Assembly (NCBI GenBank): GCA_964016885.1 | Contig: OZ024743.1 | Coordinates: forward strand, 306,342,001-306,406,000 | Length of the DNA stretch: 64,000 nt | Origin: Eledone cirrhosa | Lineage: Eukaryota | Direction of reading: 5' to 3' | Part shown: in pieces, positions 14,201 to 27,811 of the stretch | Layout: each line of letters begins with the position of its first letter | How positions within the stretch are numbered: the stretch's first letter is position 1 | Position numbers and translations under genes: made by a program | Notes under the pieces: model-generated | Database searches by the model: none | What the model was told of the DNA's origin: nothing | The model's input: the letters and a program-made list of their open reading frames with translations, nothing else

Positions 14201-14281
<81 letters not shown>

Positions 14282-14311
14282 AATAGAGGTGTAACACACA
14301 AGTTATGATAT

Positions 14312-14640
14312 ATTGGTAAAAGGAAAAGAAAATGTTGACAAATTGTTCCCAGTGAAAAATAGTTTAATTAGGAATAAGTAAAAATTAGTAATAAGTATTG
14401 GTTAGTATTCAGTTTTGGTTTTAAGTTTTACCGGTTGCGTATTTCTAATGCTTTTCAAAATTATATTTGAGATAGAGCGCCCGTGACGTTTGCTCTAATC
14501 TGATTACTTTTGGAAATTCTACCTGTTTTATGTAAAAAAAAGTGGCTCCAGATGTATGTAAAAATTCTTGTGGTCAAAACAATTTTGATTGGTCGGTAGA
14601 GGTCATGTGAATGTTAAAAATTGATTTTGCGCCAAATGTA
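14312..14640 (+). repeat. Direct repeat copy 1 (about 330 bp; copy 2 at 17941-18269)
   Basis: ATTGGTAAAAGGAAAAGAAAATG...GCGCCAAATGTA occurs twice with few differences. Confidence 0.9.
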
Positions 14641-14641
14641 T

Positions 14642-14725
<84 letters not shown>

Positions 14726-14768
14726 GGAAAACCAAGAATCAGTGATACATCGAGACATAATTTATTAA

Positions 14769-14859
14769 CGTATTACAATTGTTTCTCCGGTGAACAGCTC
14801 GAGGTACGATCTATTTGTGGATCGAACCTGACTCTGGATTCGCAAGTTCCTCATATACG
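14769..14859 (-). ncRNA. Degenerate hammerhead motif, same family as 58234-58437
   Basis: Minus strand: CGTAT-ATGAGGA...GAAAC-AATT-GTA-ATACG. Internal GATCGAACCTGACTCTG is shared with the 58.3-kb element. Confidence 0.65.
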
Positions 14860-15529
14860 TCTAGCGACTTCGAAGCAAATCCTCTGTCTGTTGCATTCCG
14901 TCCCTTCGAATTTCCTTCATCTGTCATCAACCTGATTCTTCGTTTTCCATATTATTCTACTCTGCTCCGAAGGAGCATAGAGTGCTCAACCGGCATGCAT
15001 ACCACCTATAGACGCATCCAAGCAAGCTTACTACAAATATATATATATTAGGATAAGTAGAAGGGGTATTTAATTTATTGGAAGTCCGACAAATATAGAT
15101 GTTTATAACTGATTTAGAGCACTCACCAGTTTACTGGAGTAAATATTCGATATTAAATAAATGGAAACTATATTTATAAAACCATATTTATTCTATTATA
15201 TATATTTCAAGGGTACCAAAACACTTAGGTACACTTTCATCAGATAAAATACAAAGTTTGTTTTATAAATAGAGACATACCCATGAAAATCATACCTTAT
15301 CGGTTGGAAATTCACTGGATAGTGGAAATATATTAGCGATTTTCCAAACGTATGTGTGAATATGCAAATGAATATGTAAATATTTGAAAAACAACCGTTT
15401 ATTTAAACGAGTATGGAGAAAGAGAGAGGAGAGAAGAAATAGGAGAGGATAAAATAGTGCTAGAGAGAGAAGAAAACGAGAGAAGATGAGTAAACCTCAT
15501 ATAACGTTAATTTGAGGGAAATATATTCC

Positions 15530-16488
15530 AGGGCCACCTGCTCAACAATCTCAGGTCACTTAACATGATGTTGTTTCTATTGTATTGATATTAATATTCA
15601 CAATATGTGTGCAGTGCCTAGTAGTGCTATTTTTTGGGTATGCTGTATACATTTGTATGCCTTGGTGTTTTGGGCTATGTATTTGTCCGTGTATCTATTT
15701 TATCATTCCTAGAGCACCTAAACTTATAACTATTGCTTCTGTCTTCATCTTTCACATTCGGGTTATTTCTATCTCTAGATCTTTATATTTGGAGAGTTTC
15801 TATATTTCTTTTGAAATATATTGCCGTGTGTGGGGATAGATACATCTATTAGAAAGCCTTTTGATTTCTTTGGGGTCTTTAACTATAATATCCGGTCGGT
15901 TGGCCTTGTTCTCTTTGTCTGTTTGCTTTTTCATTCCCTGACACTTTTTCTGCCGTGCGTTTCTACCTTTTCTTTTGGTATTTCATAATGTTGCCATAAT
16001 TTCCAGCAAATGAAGGTTCCAACTCTATAATGCCTGTGGATATATTCTTTGTTGGCTAGGGCTGGGCATCCATAGACTATGTAGTTGATTGTTTCTCCCC
16101 TCTCTCCACATATTATACAGTTACGTATTCTGCTTTGTTTCATTAAGTACTTCTGGTAGTTCCTGGAGGGTAGACGCTAGTCCTACGCTGCAACTAGAAA
16201 TCTTTCCGTCTCAGCTTTTGCTCTAGTTCTTCGGAGCCAGTTCTGTGTATTTTGTTCCTCTACTTCCTTTCTATTTAGCTCTTTGGGGGTATTGTCCATG
16301 TAAGGATTTATCTTGCCATCGTTTTAACATGGCATTCTGGGGATCAGTTTTCAATTTAAATTTTATGTCTTTCACAATTTCTGTTGTTCTTTTTTACTTG
16401 TTTTCATTTTCATCACAATTATCTGTTCGTCCAGTCTCTTATTTGAATTTTTTTGCTTCCTTGAAGACTGAGAAGAGTGTTTTTTTTT
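15530..16488 (-). mobile_element. 5'-truncated, decayed R4/Dong-like LINE (CCHC knuckle and restriction-like endonuclease)
   Basis: Minus strand encodes WQDKSLHGQYP, CIICGERGETINYIVYGCPALANKEYIHRH, ANRPDIIV and QKIALLGTAHIL. Confidence 0.85.
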
Positions 16489-17196
16489 TGTAAGATTTGT
16501 TTATAATATATTTTTCTTGTTTTAAAAAATAATTTATAAGAGATAAGTAATTTTTAAATAGATAAAAATTAAAGAAATAAAAATTATTACAATTGAAATT
16601 TAAAAAAAAAAAAATAATAATAATAATACAAAAAAAAAAATTAAAGTTAAAATTTTAAAAAAATTAGAATTATATACGTATATATTTTATGCAACTTTAA
16701 GAAGTGGAATTATAGCAAATGTTATAGATATGATTTATAGATATATCACTATATTAAAACCTAGTGGATGAGATTGCTATGGAAATAAGTAGAAATATTA
16801 TAATATCAAATGTTATAGATATTATGATTTAGAGATATCACTATATTAAAACCTATTGGATGAGATTGTTATGGAAATAAGTAGAAATATTGTAAGTATA
16901 TTTATAGGTTATATATAGTTCTGAATGTTGAATTCTGGCGATGTCTACAAGAATTAAATAAATTCGTTCTTAGATTAATAGAGTTTTTACATTTAAGTAT
17001 GAAAAAAATGTCCTCAATACACAATTTGCAATTTTAAGTTTAATTTTAATTTTAATTTTAATTTTAATTTCAATTGTAATAATTTTTATTTCTTTATTTT
17101 TATTTCTTTAATTTTTATCTATTTAAAAATTACTTATCTCTCATAAATTATTTTTTTAAACAGAAGAAAAATTTTATATTATAAACAAATCTTACA
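16489..17196. repeat. Nested AT-rich inverted repeat (16489-16602 / 17066-17196) with an internal direct repeat
   Basis: TGTAAGATTTGTTTATAAT... versus ...ATTATAAACAAATCTTACA. ATATCACTATATTAAAACCTA...GTAGAAATATT occurs twice inside. Confidence 0.8.
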
Positions 17197-17740
17197 CATA
17201 ATAATCGTAAATACACGTTCTATTAAGATATATACTTAGAATATATTTCCCTCAAATTAACGTTATATGAGGTTTACTCATCTTCTCTCGTTTTCTTCTC
17301 TCTCTCTCTCTCTAGCACTATTTTATCCTCTCCTATTTCTTCTCTCCTCTCTCTTTCTCCATACTCGTTTAAATAAACGGTTGTTTTTCAATTATTTACA
17401 TATTCATTTGCATATTCACACATAAGTTTGGAAAATCGCTAATATATTTCCACTATCCAGTGAATTTCCAACCGATAAGGTATGATTTCCATGGGTATGT
17501 CTCTATTTTTAAAACAAACTTTGTATTTTATCTGATGAAAGTATACCAAAGTGTTTTGGTACCCTTGAAATATATATAATAGAATAAATATGCTTTTATA
17601 AATATAGTTTCCATTTATTTAGTATCATCGTATATATTAGGATATGTGTTTAAATACCGTAGGATATAAAACATCCAAACATTAACTGGATGAGCAGAAA
17701 GTAGCAGTGATTTCGAAGTTTTAGCTTAGTTGTTTCATCT

Positions 17741-17922
17741 GGCTGCCAAGTATCAGTAGAGGGTCGGACGCCATGCTTTGATGCATAGAGTTACGCCCCT
17801 TTCCATTCTGAGTTCAAATCCCGCCGAGGTTAACTTTGCCTTTCATCCTTACGGGGTCGATAAAATAAAGTACCAGTAATGCACTGGATAATTGCTGGCC
17901 TTGTGCCAAAGGTAGAAACAAT
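17741..17922 (+). mobile_element. SINE family A
   Basis: Same head and body as the 13660 copy. Confidence 0.85.
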
Positions 17923-17940
17923 ATATATATATATATATAT

Positions 17941-18269
17941 ATTGGTAAAAGGAAAAGAAAATGCTGACAAATTGTTCCCAGTGAAAAATAGTTTAATTAG
18001 GAATAAGTAAAAATTAGTAATAGTATTGGTTAGTATTCAGTTTTGGTTTTAAGTTTTTACCGGTTGCGCATTTCTAATGCTTTTCAAAAATAATTTTGAG
18101 ATAGAGCGCTCGTGACGTTTGCTCTAATCTGATTAGTTTTGGAAATTCTACCTGTTTTATGTAAAAAAATGTGGCTCCAGATGTATGAAAAAATTCTTGT
18201 GGTCAAAACAATTTTGATTGGTCGGTAGAGGTCATGTGAATGTTAAAAATTGATTTTGCGCCAAATGTA
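17941..18269 (+). repeat. Direct repeat copy 2 of 14312-14640
   Basis: Near-identical sequence. Confidence 0.9.
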
Positions 18270-19041
18270 GGTTTGTCTCGGCTGATTGAGAAGTCACTGA
18301 AAAATAAGTCTTTCAAGACAAATATGTGTGTGTGTGTAGTAGTAGTAAAGAGGCTCGTTGTTGTGATAATGGTCAGCAGGGATGTGTGTGCGAACCGCAG
18401 CCTGTTGACAGTTCAAATGCCTATTAAGACAGGTGTGTGTGTGTGTGTGTGTGTAGCAGAGTAATTCGTGGTAGAGGGATGGTCAGTAGGAATGTGTCTG
18501 TACGTGTGTGGGGGATATTTTAACATGTTAAAAGATATTTTTCAGCTCTTGTCTTATACGGAGAAGTGTGTGTGTGTGTGTGTATGTCCCTTTTTTGATG
18601 TTCTATTGAGAGAATCGTTTTTACTGAAAATATCGAATAATGTACACCATTTTTACCAGTATCACAAAAATACTGGTCCACCCACACACACACACACACA
18701 CATTCTCACACACACACACACATATATATATACACACACACACAAATATATACACACACACATACACACGCGTACATTAACATACAAAGAGACATATACA
18801 CACACACTTCTCCGTATAATATATATATATATATATATATATTGTTATACTTGGGGAGGGTCATATTTGTGTAATATTGCCAGAATTAATAACAGAACAC
18901 ACTCACTGTTTGGTTGGTTTTCGCTTCTCGCTGTCTTTTATATCGGTAATCTAACTTACTCGGTCCTCAATGTTGCCATTGACTGACCGACGGTCAAAAA
19001 TAATACAGATACAATATAGACACAAACACATATATATAGTT

Positions 19042-19085
19042 TATCATAAATCTTTCGTTGCACATCTGCAACATCGTCAGTGGTG
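19042..19085 (-). ncRNA. Minimal type I hammerhead motif
   Basis: Minus strand: CACCA-CTGACGA-T-GTTGCA-GATG-TGCAAC-GAAA-GATT-TA-TGATA, with a 6-bp stem II. The element terminus at 18840 matches the arms of the 53690-54075 fold-back. Confidence 0.7.
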
Positions 19086-19431
19086 TTATATTTTCCTCCT
19101 GCTGTGTTGCATGTCTACGCCATTTTTATTCAGTCTGTCTATATATTTATTTATTTAAAATATTTAAAAAATAATGAATAAACAAAGAAACAGTTCCTTA
19201 TATTAAACAAAAAAAGTTCATTATTTTACGATCGTTTCTAGGACATATATGTGTTAGAATAATACAGATACAATATTGGACACTACCGAATAATACAGAT
19301 ACGGATTGGACACTACCGTAAACTTTTGGTAGATTTATCTACATATTTATTTATTTATATATATTCAGTCTGTCTATATATTTCAGTCTGTCTATATATT
19401 TATTTATTTATATATATTCAGTCTGTCTATA

Positions 19432-19463
<32 letters not shown>

Positions 19464-20559
19464 AGTGAAAAAATTTTATTTAGGGGAGTATAAGCCAGAC
19501 AGACCCAAAAGAAATGTAAATCTAGTCTATCTCATTTATGTATCAATCTCCTTACCATGGTTTCATTCGGGGAAGGAGCAAGTATTGGAGAAGACCAATA
19601 TTTGAAGAATTCACCAATTCATTTGGGAAGTATTCTTCAATTTTGGGACCATATTCAACATGAAATTCTACACACTAGTTGCCGATCCAGCATGATCTAC
19701 AAAAACACATTGTGTAATTGAACCATTACATGAATAATATGTCACTTAATATTAGGACTACTTGACAGGCTTTTAATACCACTAGAAATAGCAGCCAAAA
19801 TACCGTCTGACAGTTCCACGAAACAGGAGTAGCTTATAAATAATTAAATATTTAATTAGTCTCTGATTGTCTGCCTTTTACTATCATAAATAGAGTTTTT
19901 TCCCTTTAAATTTAAAATCTAATATTGCTTCTCTAATTGATATTCTATCTACAAAATTTATCCATTCATTGAGATGTTTAAGTATTAGAGACTAATTTAA
20001 TATTTAATTATTTATGTCTATTTAGAAGTGTGGAACATATCTTCTTTACACCTGCCGAGGAGTGGGTATGTTTCTTACATTGTTTATGGCGAAACATTCT
20101 CTTTGAGTCGATCCAGACGTTTTATAGTTATAAAGGTGGGTTTATGCATTTTGATTTATCTTTTTAATTATAATGTATTTCCCATAGCTTTCGTAGATTT
20201 TATGTTTTTCACCCTAGTAGCCTTCTACACCCTGTAATTGAAAACATACTCTTTCGTGTTTTCTTCTCTCTATATTGTATTATGAAGAGCCCGGTACTTA
20301 TTCCTTGAGCTCATTAAATTACGGGGGATAAATGCGAGTCTTGAACTCTGTTGTTTCGTTTGATATATATATATATATAATATATAATGTAGGAGGTGAG
20401 TTTTATTGTAGTACAATAAAGCAATGCAGATATCGGATAAGAAGCACTCTACAGTTTATATATATATATATTATATATATATATTATATATATATATATT
20501 ATATATATATATATATAATATATATATATATACAAATACCAAAATCTAGTGAGGACTAG

Positions 20560-20602
<43 letters not shown>

Positions 20603-21226
20603 CTGTGTGTGTGAGGAACGTGTTTATCTCTTCTTCCCCATTTATTGCAATGGCTTACATTTTTAATACGTTATCTTACTCTCTTCTTCTTGCTTCTTTT
20701 TCTTACTTTATTTTTTCCTCCTTTTTTCTTTGTTTCGTGTTATAAGAGAAACCACACTTTTTACCTAACGTCACACAAAATTCGATATGTTTTGTAGCTT
20801 AATTGCTATAAATTAATGTTTTATCTCTCGTTTCACTGGACAGCGTTTGGCGTATTTCAGACGCTGTGGCCCCGGATGGGCCAGCAGTACCGTGGTAGGG
20901 GTCAAAACTGCACAAGTTCATCTCAACCGCCGATGACCATGAAGTTCTGTGCTCTTCGTTTGTATTTTTTTTTTTTAATAATTTTCTCCTTTAAAATTGT
21001 TTTTCGTTTTGTTTTGTTTCCGTTGGTTGTCTTGTCCTCACTTTGTTAATTTTCTTAAGTTGTATATTTATATAATTATATATAAACCCGTAAGTCAAAT
21101 ATTCATTATTAGCACAGATCGAAAGTTTTAGGAAACAATTTCTGCATTCACTCTAAAGTAGGATCTTCTGAAACTGAGTGATATCAATCCATGGACGCAG
21201 ATGTAAATATTTCGGAAACATATATA

Positions 21227-21728
21227 CAATAGTCCCCCGGTATTCGCAGGGGTTACGTTCCTAGACCACCCGCGAAGAGTGAAAAACCGCGAATATTGGA
21301 CGTGGTCCATTAAAATGCCTATAAACGTCAAAATATAACGTAAAATATAGTAAAAAAGGGCGTCCAATAGACCGGCAAATACGGTATATTGTTATTAATA
21401 ATTTAGCATTAAAAAAATATTTATTGCCACGAAAAAAGCCATAAAAAAATCGCGGAAGTTATTTACGATTCCACGAACAATTATTATTTAGGTAGTATCG
21501 GTAGAACGTCGGACAACATGCATCGTGGCATTGAGTCACGGCCCTTTACGTTCCGAGTTAAAATCCCACCGGGGTTAACTTTGCCTTTCATCCTTACGGG
21601 GTCGATAAAATAAAGCACCAGTAATGCACTGGGTAATTGCTGGCCTTGTGCCAAATGTAGAAACAATTATTTAGGTTCTAAAGGAAATTCCGCGAATGAC
21701 TGGAGCCGCGAATGCCGGGGGTACACTG
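21227..21728 (+). mobile_element. Tigger-like MITE interrupted by a family A SINE (21491-21670)
   Basis: TA-flanked TIRs CAATAGTCCCCCGGTATTCGC / GCGAATGCCGGGGGTACACTG. The SINE is bracketed by a repeated ATTATTTAGGT (probable TSD), and the 8132 copy lacks the SINE. Confidence 0.8.
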
Positions 21729-23393
21729 TATACTACAAAATATATATATATGTACAGCCACCGGAAATAACAGCTGTGAAATATACAGCGCCATCTACCT
21801 GTTAGCTAGCTACTTCAACGTGAAACAAAAGAACCCTTAGAATCTACCAGAATTAGAACCTACCAGAATAAACGCCTACACATCGACTAAACAACAAAGG
21901 ATTGTTCCTGTTTAAATAGAGTGGTTCCTAACACTTCGCTAGTCGACTTTTGGCAGAGTCAGCTAGCGCATCGTTGTTCCTTTACTCTACCACGCTTTGT
22001 CACTCACACGCCTTGTACCCCGTATCGTCGCTTCATGTGAAAATAAATAGCTGATCGAATTTACATCTCGCCTTGCTTCGTCCTTTCAACTTGTGCTTTC
22101 GTCTGTCCATCTTCAACAGTTCTTTTAAGGGCTATATGCGACAACAGTCCTTTTAAGGTCTATCTCCATATTTGATCAGACCGTATGCGATAAGAGTCCT
22201 TCTAAGGGCTATTCTCGGATCTGATCAGAAGTAGTGACTAGACTGATTAACCAGCGTCGCTACATATATATATACGTTAATGTGTTTGTGTGTTTATGTG
22301 TAAATGTCCAAAGGCAAAGAAATAGGGTTAAAAACTATTGTAATTATCAGTATGTTGTGAGAAAATAATTTCGGAAGATTCATATATGTAATAGAGTTGC
22401 AAAACGTCTGTTAAATAACATCTGTGGATGACAATAACTGCCAGCGTATCTGTATATGAGTATCAGTGTACATGTGTGTGTGTGTTCGTGTGTTTGTGAA
22501 TCTATGTGTGTGTCTTCGTGTGTGTGTGATCATATGTGTATGTGTATTCGCGTCTATATCTGTGTAGATGTGCTTATGTGTGTTCGTGTGTGTGTGTGTG
22601 TATATATTCTCGTGTGTATGTGTGTTCGTACGTGTGTGTGTGTGTTCATGTGTGTGTGTGTGTGTGTATATATTCTCGTGTGTATGTGTGTTCGTACGTG
22701 TGTGTGTGTGTCCATGTGTGTATCACTGTATATGTGTTCGTATGTGTATTCGTGTCTGTATCTGCGTGTGTGTGTGTTCGTGTGTGTATGTGTGTTCGTG
22801 TGTGTATCTGTGTACATGTGTGGGTGGGTGTTCGTTTGTATGTGTGTTCGTGTACGTGTGTGTGTGTGTGTGTATGTATGTGTATGTGTGAATCAGTGTT
22901 TGTATGTGTGTATGATGTGTGTACTTGTGCATATGTGTGTCCGTGTACGTGTGCGTATGAGTGTGTGTGTTCGTGTGTGAATATGTATGTGTGTATATGT
23001 GTTTGTGTGCGTGTTCATGTGAGTATGTGTATGTGTATGTATGTGTTCTTGTCTGTATGTGTTCTTGTCTGTATGTGTATGTGTGGATCTGTGTTCGTGT
23101 GTGTGTATATGTGTTCGTGCGTGTGTATGTATATGTGTATGTGTTTGTATCTGTGTTCGTACGTGTGTGTGTGTGTATCTGTGTTCGTACGTGTATATGT
23201 ATATGTGTGTGTGTATCTATGTTCGCACGTGTATATGTGTATGTGTGTGTATATATGTTCGTGCTTGTGTATATGTGTATGTGTGTATCTGTGTTCGTGC
23301 GTGTATATGTGTATGTCTGCGTTCTTGTCTGTATGTATGTGTGTATCTGTGGTGTATGTATATGTCTGTGTGTGTGTGTATATATGTGTGTAT

Positions 23394-26300
23394 ATATTCA
23401 GTGTAGTGTGTGTAAGTATATATGTATATATGTGTGTGCATGTATATATGTATGCGTATGTGTGTGTATATGTATATGTGTGTGTATGTATATATGTATG
23501 TGTATGTGTGTGTATGTATATATGTATATGTGTGTGTGTGTATGTATATATGTGTGTGTGTGTATGTATATATGTATATGTGTGTGTATATGTATATATA
23601 TATGTGTATGTGTGTGTGTATATGTATATGTGTGTGTGTGTGTATATATTCAGTGTAGTGTGTGTATATATATATGTATATGTGTGAGTGTGTGTATGTA
23701 TATATGTGTGTGTGTGTATATATGTATATGTGTGTGTGTATATATATATATATATGTGTATGTGTGTGTGTATATATGTATATGTGTGTGTGTTTATATA
23801 TTCAGTGTAGTGTGTGTGTGTATATATGTATATATGTGTGTGTGTATGTATATATATATATGTGTGTATATATTCAGTGTAGTGTGTGTGTGTGTATATG
23901 TATATGTGTGTGTGTGTATGTATATATATGTGTGTATATATTCAGTGTAGTGTGTGTGTGTATATATGTATATATGTGTGTGTGTGTATGTATATATGTA
24001 TATATGTGTGTGTGTATGTATATATGTATATATGTGTGTGTGCGTATGTATATATATGCGTGTATATATTCAGTGTAGTGTGTGTATGTATATGTGTATA
24101 TGTGTGTATGTGTATGTATATATGTATATGTGTGTGTGTGTGTATGTATATATATGTGTGTATATATTCAGTGTAGTGTGTGTATGTATATATGTATATG
24201 TGTGTGTGTATGTATATATATGTGTGTATATATTCAGTGTAGTGTGTGTATGTATATATGTATATGTGTGTGTGTGTATGTATATATATGTGTGTATATA
24301 TTCAGTGTAGTGTGTGTATGTATATATGTATATGTGTGTGTGTAAGTATATATATGTGTGTATATATTCAGTGTAGTGTGTGTATGTATATATGTATATG
24401 TGTGTGTGTGTATGTATATATATGTGTGTATATATTCAGTGTAGTGTGTGTATGTATATATGTATATGTGTGTGTGTGTATGTATATATATGTGTGTATA
24501 TATTCAGTGTAGTGTGTGTATGTATATATGTATATGTGTGTGTGTGTGTGTATGTATATATATGTGTGTATATATTCAGTGTAGTGTGTGTATGTATATA
24601 TGTATATGTGTGTGTGTGTATGTATATATGTGTGTGTGTGTATATGTATATATATGTGTGTATATATTCAGTGTAGTGTGTGTATGTATATATGTATATG
24701 TGTGTGTGTGTATGTATATATGTGTGTGTGTGTATATGTATATATATGTGTGTATATATTCAGTGTAGTGTGTGTATGTATATATGTATATGTGTGTGTG
24801 TGTATGTATATATATATGTGTGTATATATTCAGTGTAGTGTGTGTATGTATATATGTATATGTGTGTGTGTGTATGTATATATATGTGTGTATATATTCA
24901 GTGTAGTGTGTGTATGTATATATGTATATGTGTGTGTGTGTATGTATATATATGTGTGTATATATTCAGTGTAGTGTGTGTATGTGTATATGTATATGTG
25001 TGTGTGTTTATGTATATATATGTGTGTATATATTCAGTGTAGTGTGTGTATGTATATATGTATATGTGTGTGTGTGTATGTATATATATGTGTGTATATA
25101 TTCAGTGTAGTGTGTGTATGTGTATATGTATATGTGTGTGTGTGTATGTATATATATGTGTGTATATATTCAGTGTAGTGTGTGTATGTGTATATGTATA
25201 TGTGTGTGTGTGTATGTATATATATGTGTGTATATATTCAGTGTAGTGTGTGTATGTGTATATGTATATGTGTGTGTGTGTATGTATATATATGTGTGTA
25301 TATATTCAGTGTAGTGTGTGTATGTGTATATGTATATGTGTGTGTGTGTATGTATATATATGTGTGTATATATTCAGTGTAGTGTGTGTATGTATATATG
25401 TATATGTGTGTGTGTAAGTATATATATGTGTGTATATATTCAGTGTAGTGTGTGTATGTATATATGTATATGTGTGTGTGTGTATGTATATATATGTGTG
25501 TATATATTCAGTGTAGTGTGTGTATGTATATATGTATATGTGTGTGTGTGTATGTATATATATGTGTGTATATATTCAGTGTAGTGTGTGTATGTATATA
25601 TGTATATGTGTGTGTGTGTGTGTATGTATATATATGTGTGTATATATTCAGTGTAGTGTGTGTATGTATATATGTATATGTGTGTGTGTGTATGTATATA
25701 TGTGTGTGTGTGTATATGTATATATATGTGTGTATATATTCAGTGTAGTGTGTGTATGTATATATGTATATGTGTGTGTGTGTATGTATATATGTGTGTG
25801 TGTGTATATGTATATATATGTGTGTATATATTCAGTGTAGTGTGTGTATGTATATATGTATATGTGTGTGTGTGTATGTATATATGTGTGTGTGTGTATA
25901 TGTATATATATGTGTGTATATATTCAGTGTAGTGTGTGTATGTATATATGTATATGTGTGTGTGTGTATGTATATATATATGTGTGTATATATTCAGTGT
26001 AGTGTGTGTATGTATATATGTATATGTGTGTGTGTGTATGTATATATATGTGTGTATATATTCAGTGTAGTGTGTGTATGTATATATGTATATGTGTGTG
26101 TGTGTATGTATATATATGTGTGTATATATTCAGTGTGGGTGTGTATGTGTATATGTATATGTGTGTGTGTTTATGTATATATATGTGTGTATATATTCAG
26201 TGTAGTGTGTGTATGTATATATGTATATGTGTGTGTGTGTATGTATATATATGTGTGTATATATTCAGTGTAGTGTGTGTATGTGTATATGTATATGTGT

Positions 26301-27708
26301 GTGTGTGTATGTATATATATGTGTGTATATATTCAGTGTAGTGTGTGTATGTATATATGTATATGTGTGTGTGTGTATGTATATATATGTGTGTATATAT
26401 TCAGTGTAGTGTGTGTATGTATATATGTATATGTGTGTGTGTGTATGTATATATATGTGTGTATATATTCAGTGTAGTGTGTGTATGTATATATGTATAT
26501 GTGTGTGTGTGTATGTATATATATGTGTGTATATATTCAGTGTAGTGTGTGTATGTGTATATGTATATGTGTGTGTGTGTATGTATATATATGTGTGTAT
26601 ATATTCAGTGTAGTGTGTGTATGTATATATGTATATGTGTGTGTGTGTATGTATATATATGTGTGTATATATTCAGTGTAGTGTGTGTATGTGTATATGT
26701 ATATGTGTGTGTGTGTATGTATATATATGTGTGTATATATTCAGTGTAGTGTGTGTATGTGTATATGTATATGTGTGTGTGTGTATGTATATATATGTGT
26801 GTATATATTCAGTGTAGTGTGTGTATGTGTATATGTATATGTGTGTGTGTGTATGTATATATATGTGTGTATATATTCAGTGTAGTGTGTGTATGTATAT
26901 ATGTATATGTGTGTGTGTGTATGTATATATATGTGTGTATATATTCAGTGTAGTGTGTGTATGTGTATATGTATATGTGTGTGTGTGTATGTATATATAT
27001 GTGTGTATATATTCAGTGTAGTGTGTGTATGTATATATGTATATGTGTGTGTGTGTATGTATATATATGTGTGTATATATTCAGTGTAGTGTGTGTATGT
27101 GTATATGTATATGTGTGTGTGTGTATGTATATATATGTGTGTATATATTCAGTGTAGTGTGTGTATGTATATATGTATATGTGTGTGTGTGTATGTATAT
27201 ATATGTGTGTATATATTCAGTGTAGTGTGTGTATGTATATATGTATATGTGTGTGTGTGTATGTATATATATGTGTGTATATATTCAGTGTAGTGTGTGT
27301 ATGTGTATATGTATATGTGTGTGTGTGTATGTATATATATGTGTGTATATATTCAGTGTAGTGTGTGTATGTATATATGTATATGTGTGTGTGTGTATGT
27401 ATATATATGTGTGTATATATTCAGTGTAGTGTGTGTATGTATATATGTATATGTGTGTGTGTGTGTGTATGTATATATATGTGTGTATATATTCAGTGTA
27501 GTGTGTGTATGTATATATGTATATGTGTGTGTGTGTATGTATATATATGTGTGTATATATTCAGTGTAGTGTGTGTATGTGTATATGTATATGTGTGTGT
27601 GTGTATGTATATATATGTGTGTATATATTCAGTGTAGTGTGTGTATGTGTATATGTATATGTGTGTGTGTGTATGTATATATATGTGTGTATATATTCAG
27701 TGTAGTGT
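23394..27708. repeat. 68-bp minisatellite array built from GT/AT dinucleotides with a TTCAGTGTAG marker
   Basis: Marker recurs at 68-bp period (ORF starts step by 68), with some longer variant units. Confidence 0.95.
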
Positions 27709-27811
27709 AAGCCATATTTCATGCAGTAATATGTTTGACTATGTCAACCTTGTCTTGTGTCACAGTAGATTTACTCCTGATTCGTTTAGAAAGATATTAA
27801 TGATGTTCAGT

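Larger units (their letters stand above)
15149..17626. mobile_element. Large fold-back element (family D): arms 15149-15528 / 17239-17626, each with an HHR, and nested content
   Basis: About 380-bp inverted arms. HHR at 17525-17585 (+): ATTTTAT-CTGATGA-AAGTATACCAAA...TTTGGTACCCTT-GAAA-TATATAT-A-ATAGAAT; mirror at 15190-15250 (-). Confidence 0.9.

Noticed and set aside
16760-16892. GGATGAG...GGAAA direct repeats as tandem hammerheads
   Set aside because: The core lacks C3/U4 and no convincing stems I-III could be drawn.
23394-27708. Regularly spaced repeats resembling a CRISPR array
   Set aside because: The spacers are themselves near-identical GT/AT repeats, there are no cas genes, and the context is eukaryotic.
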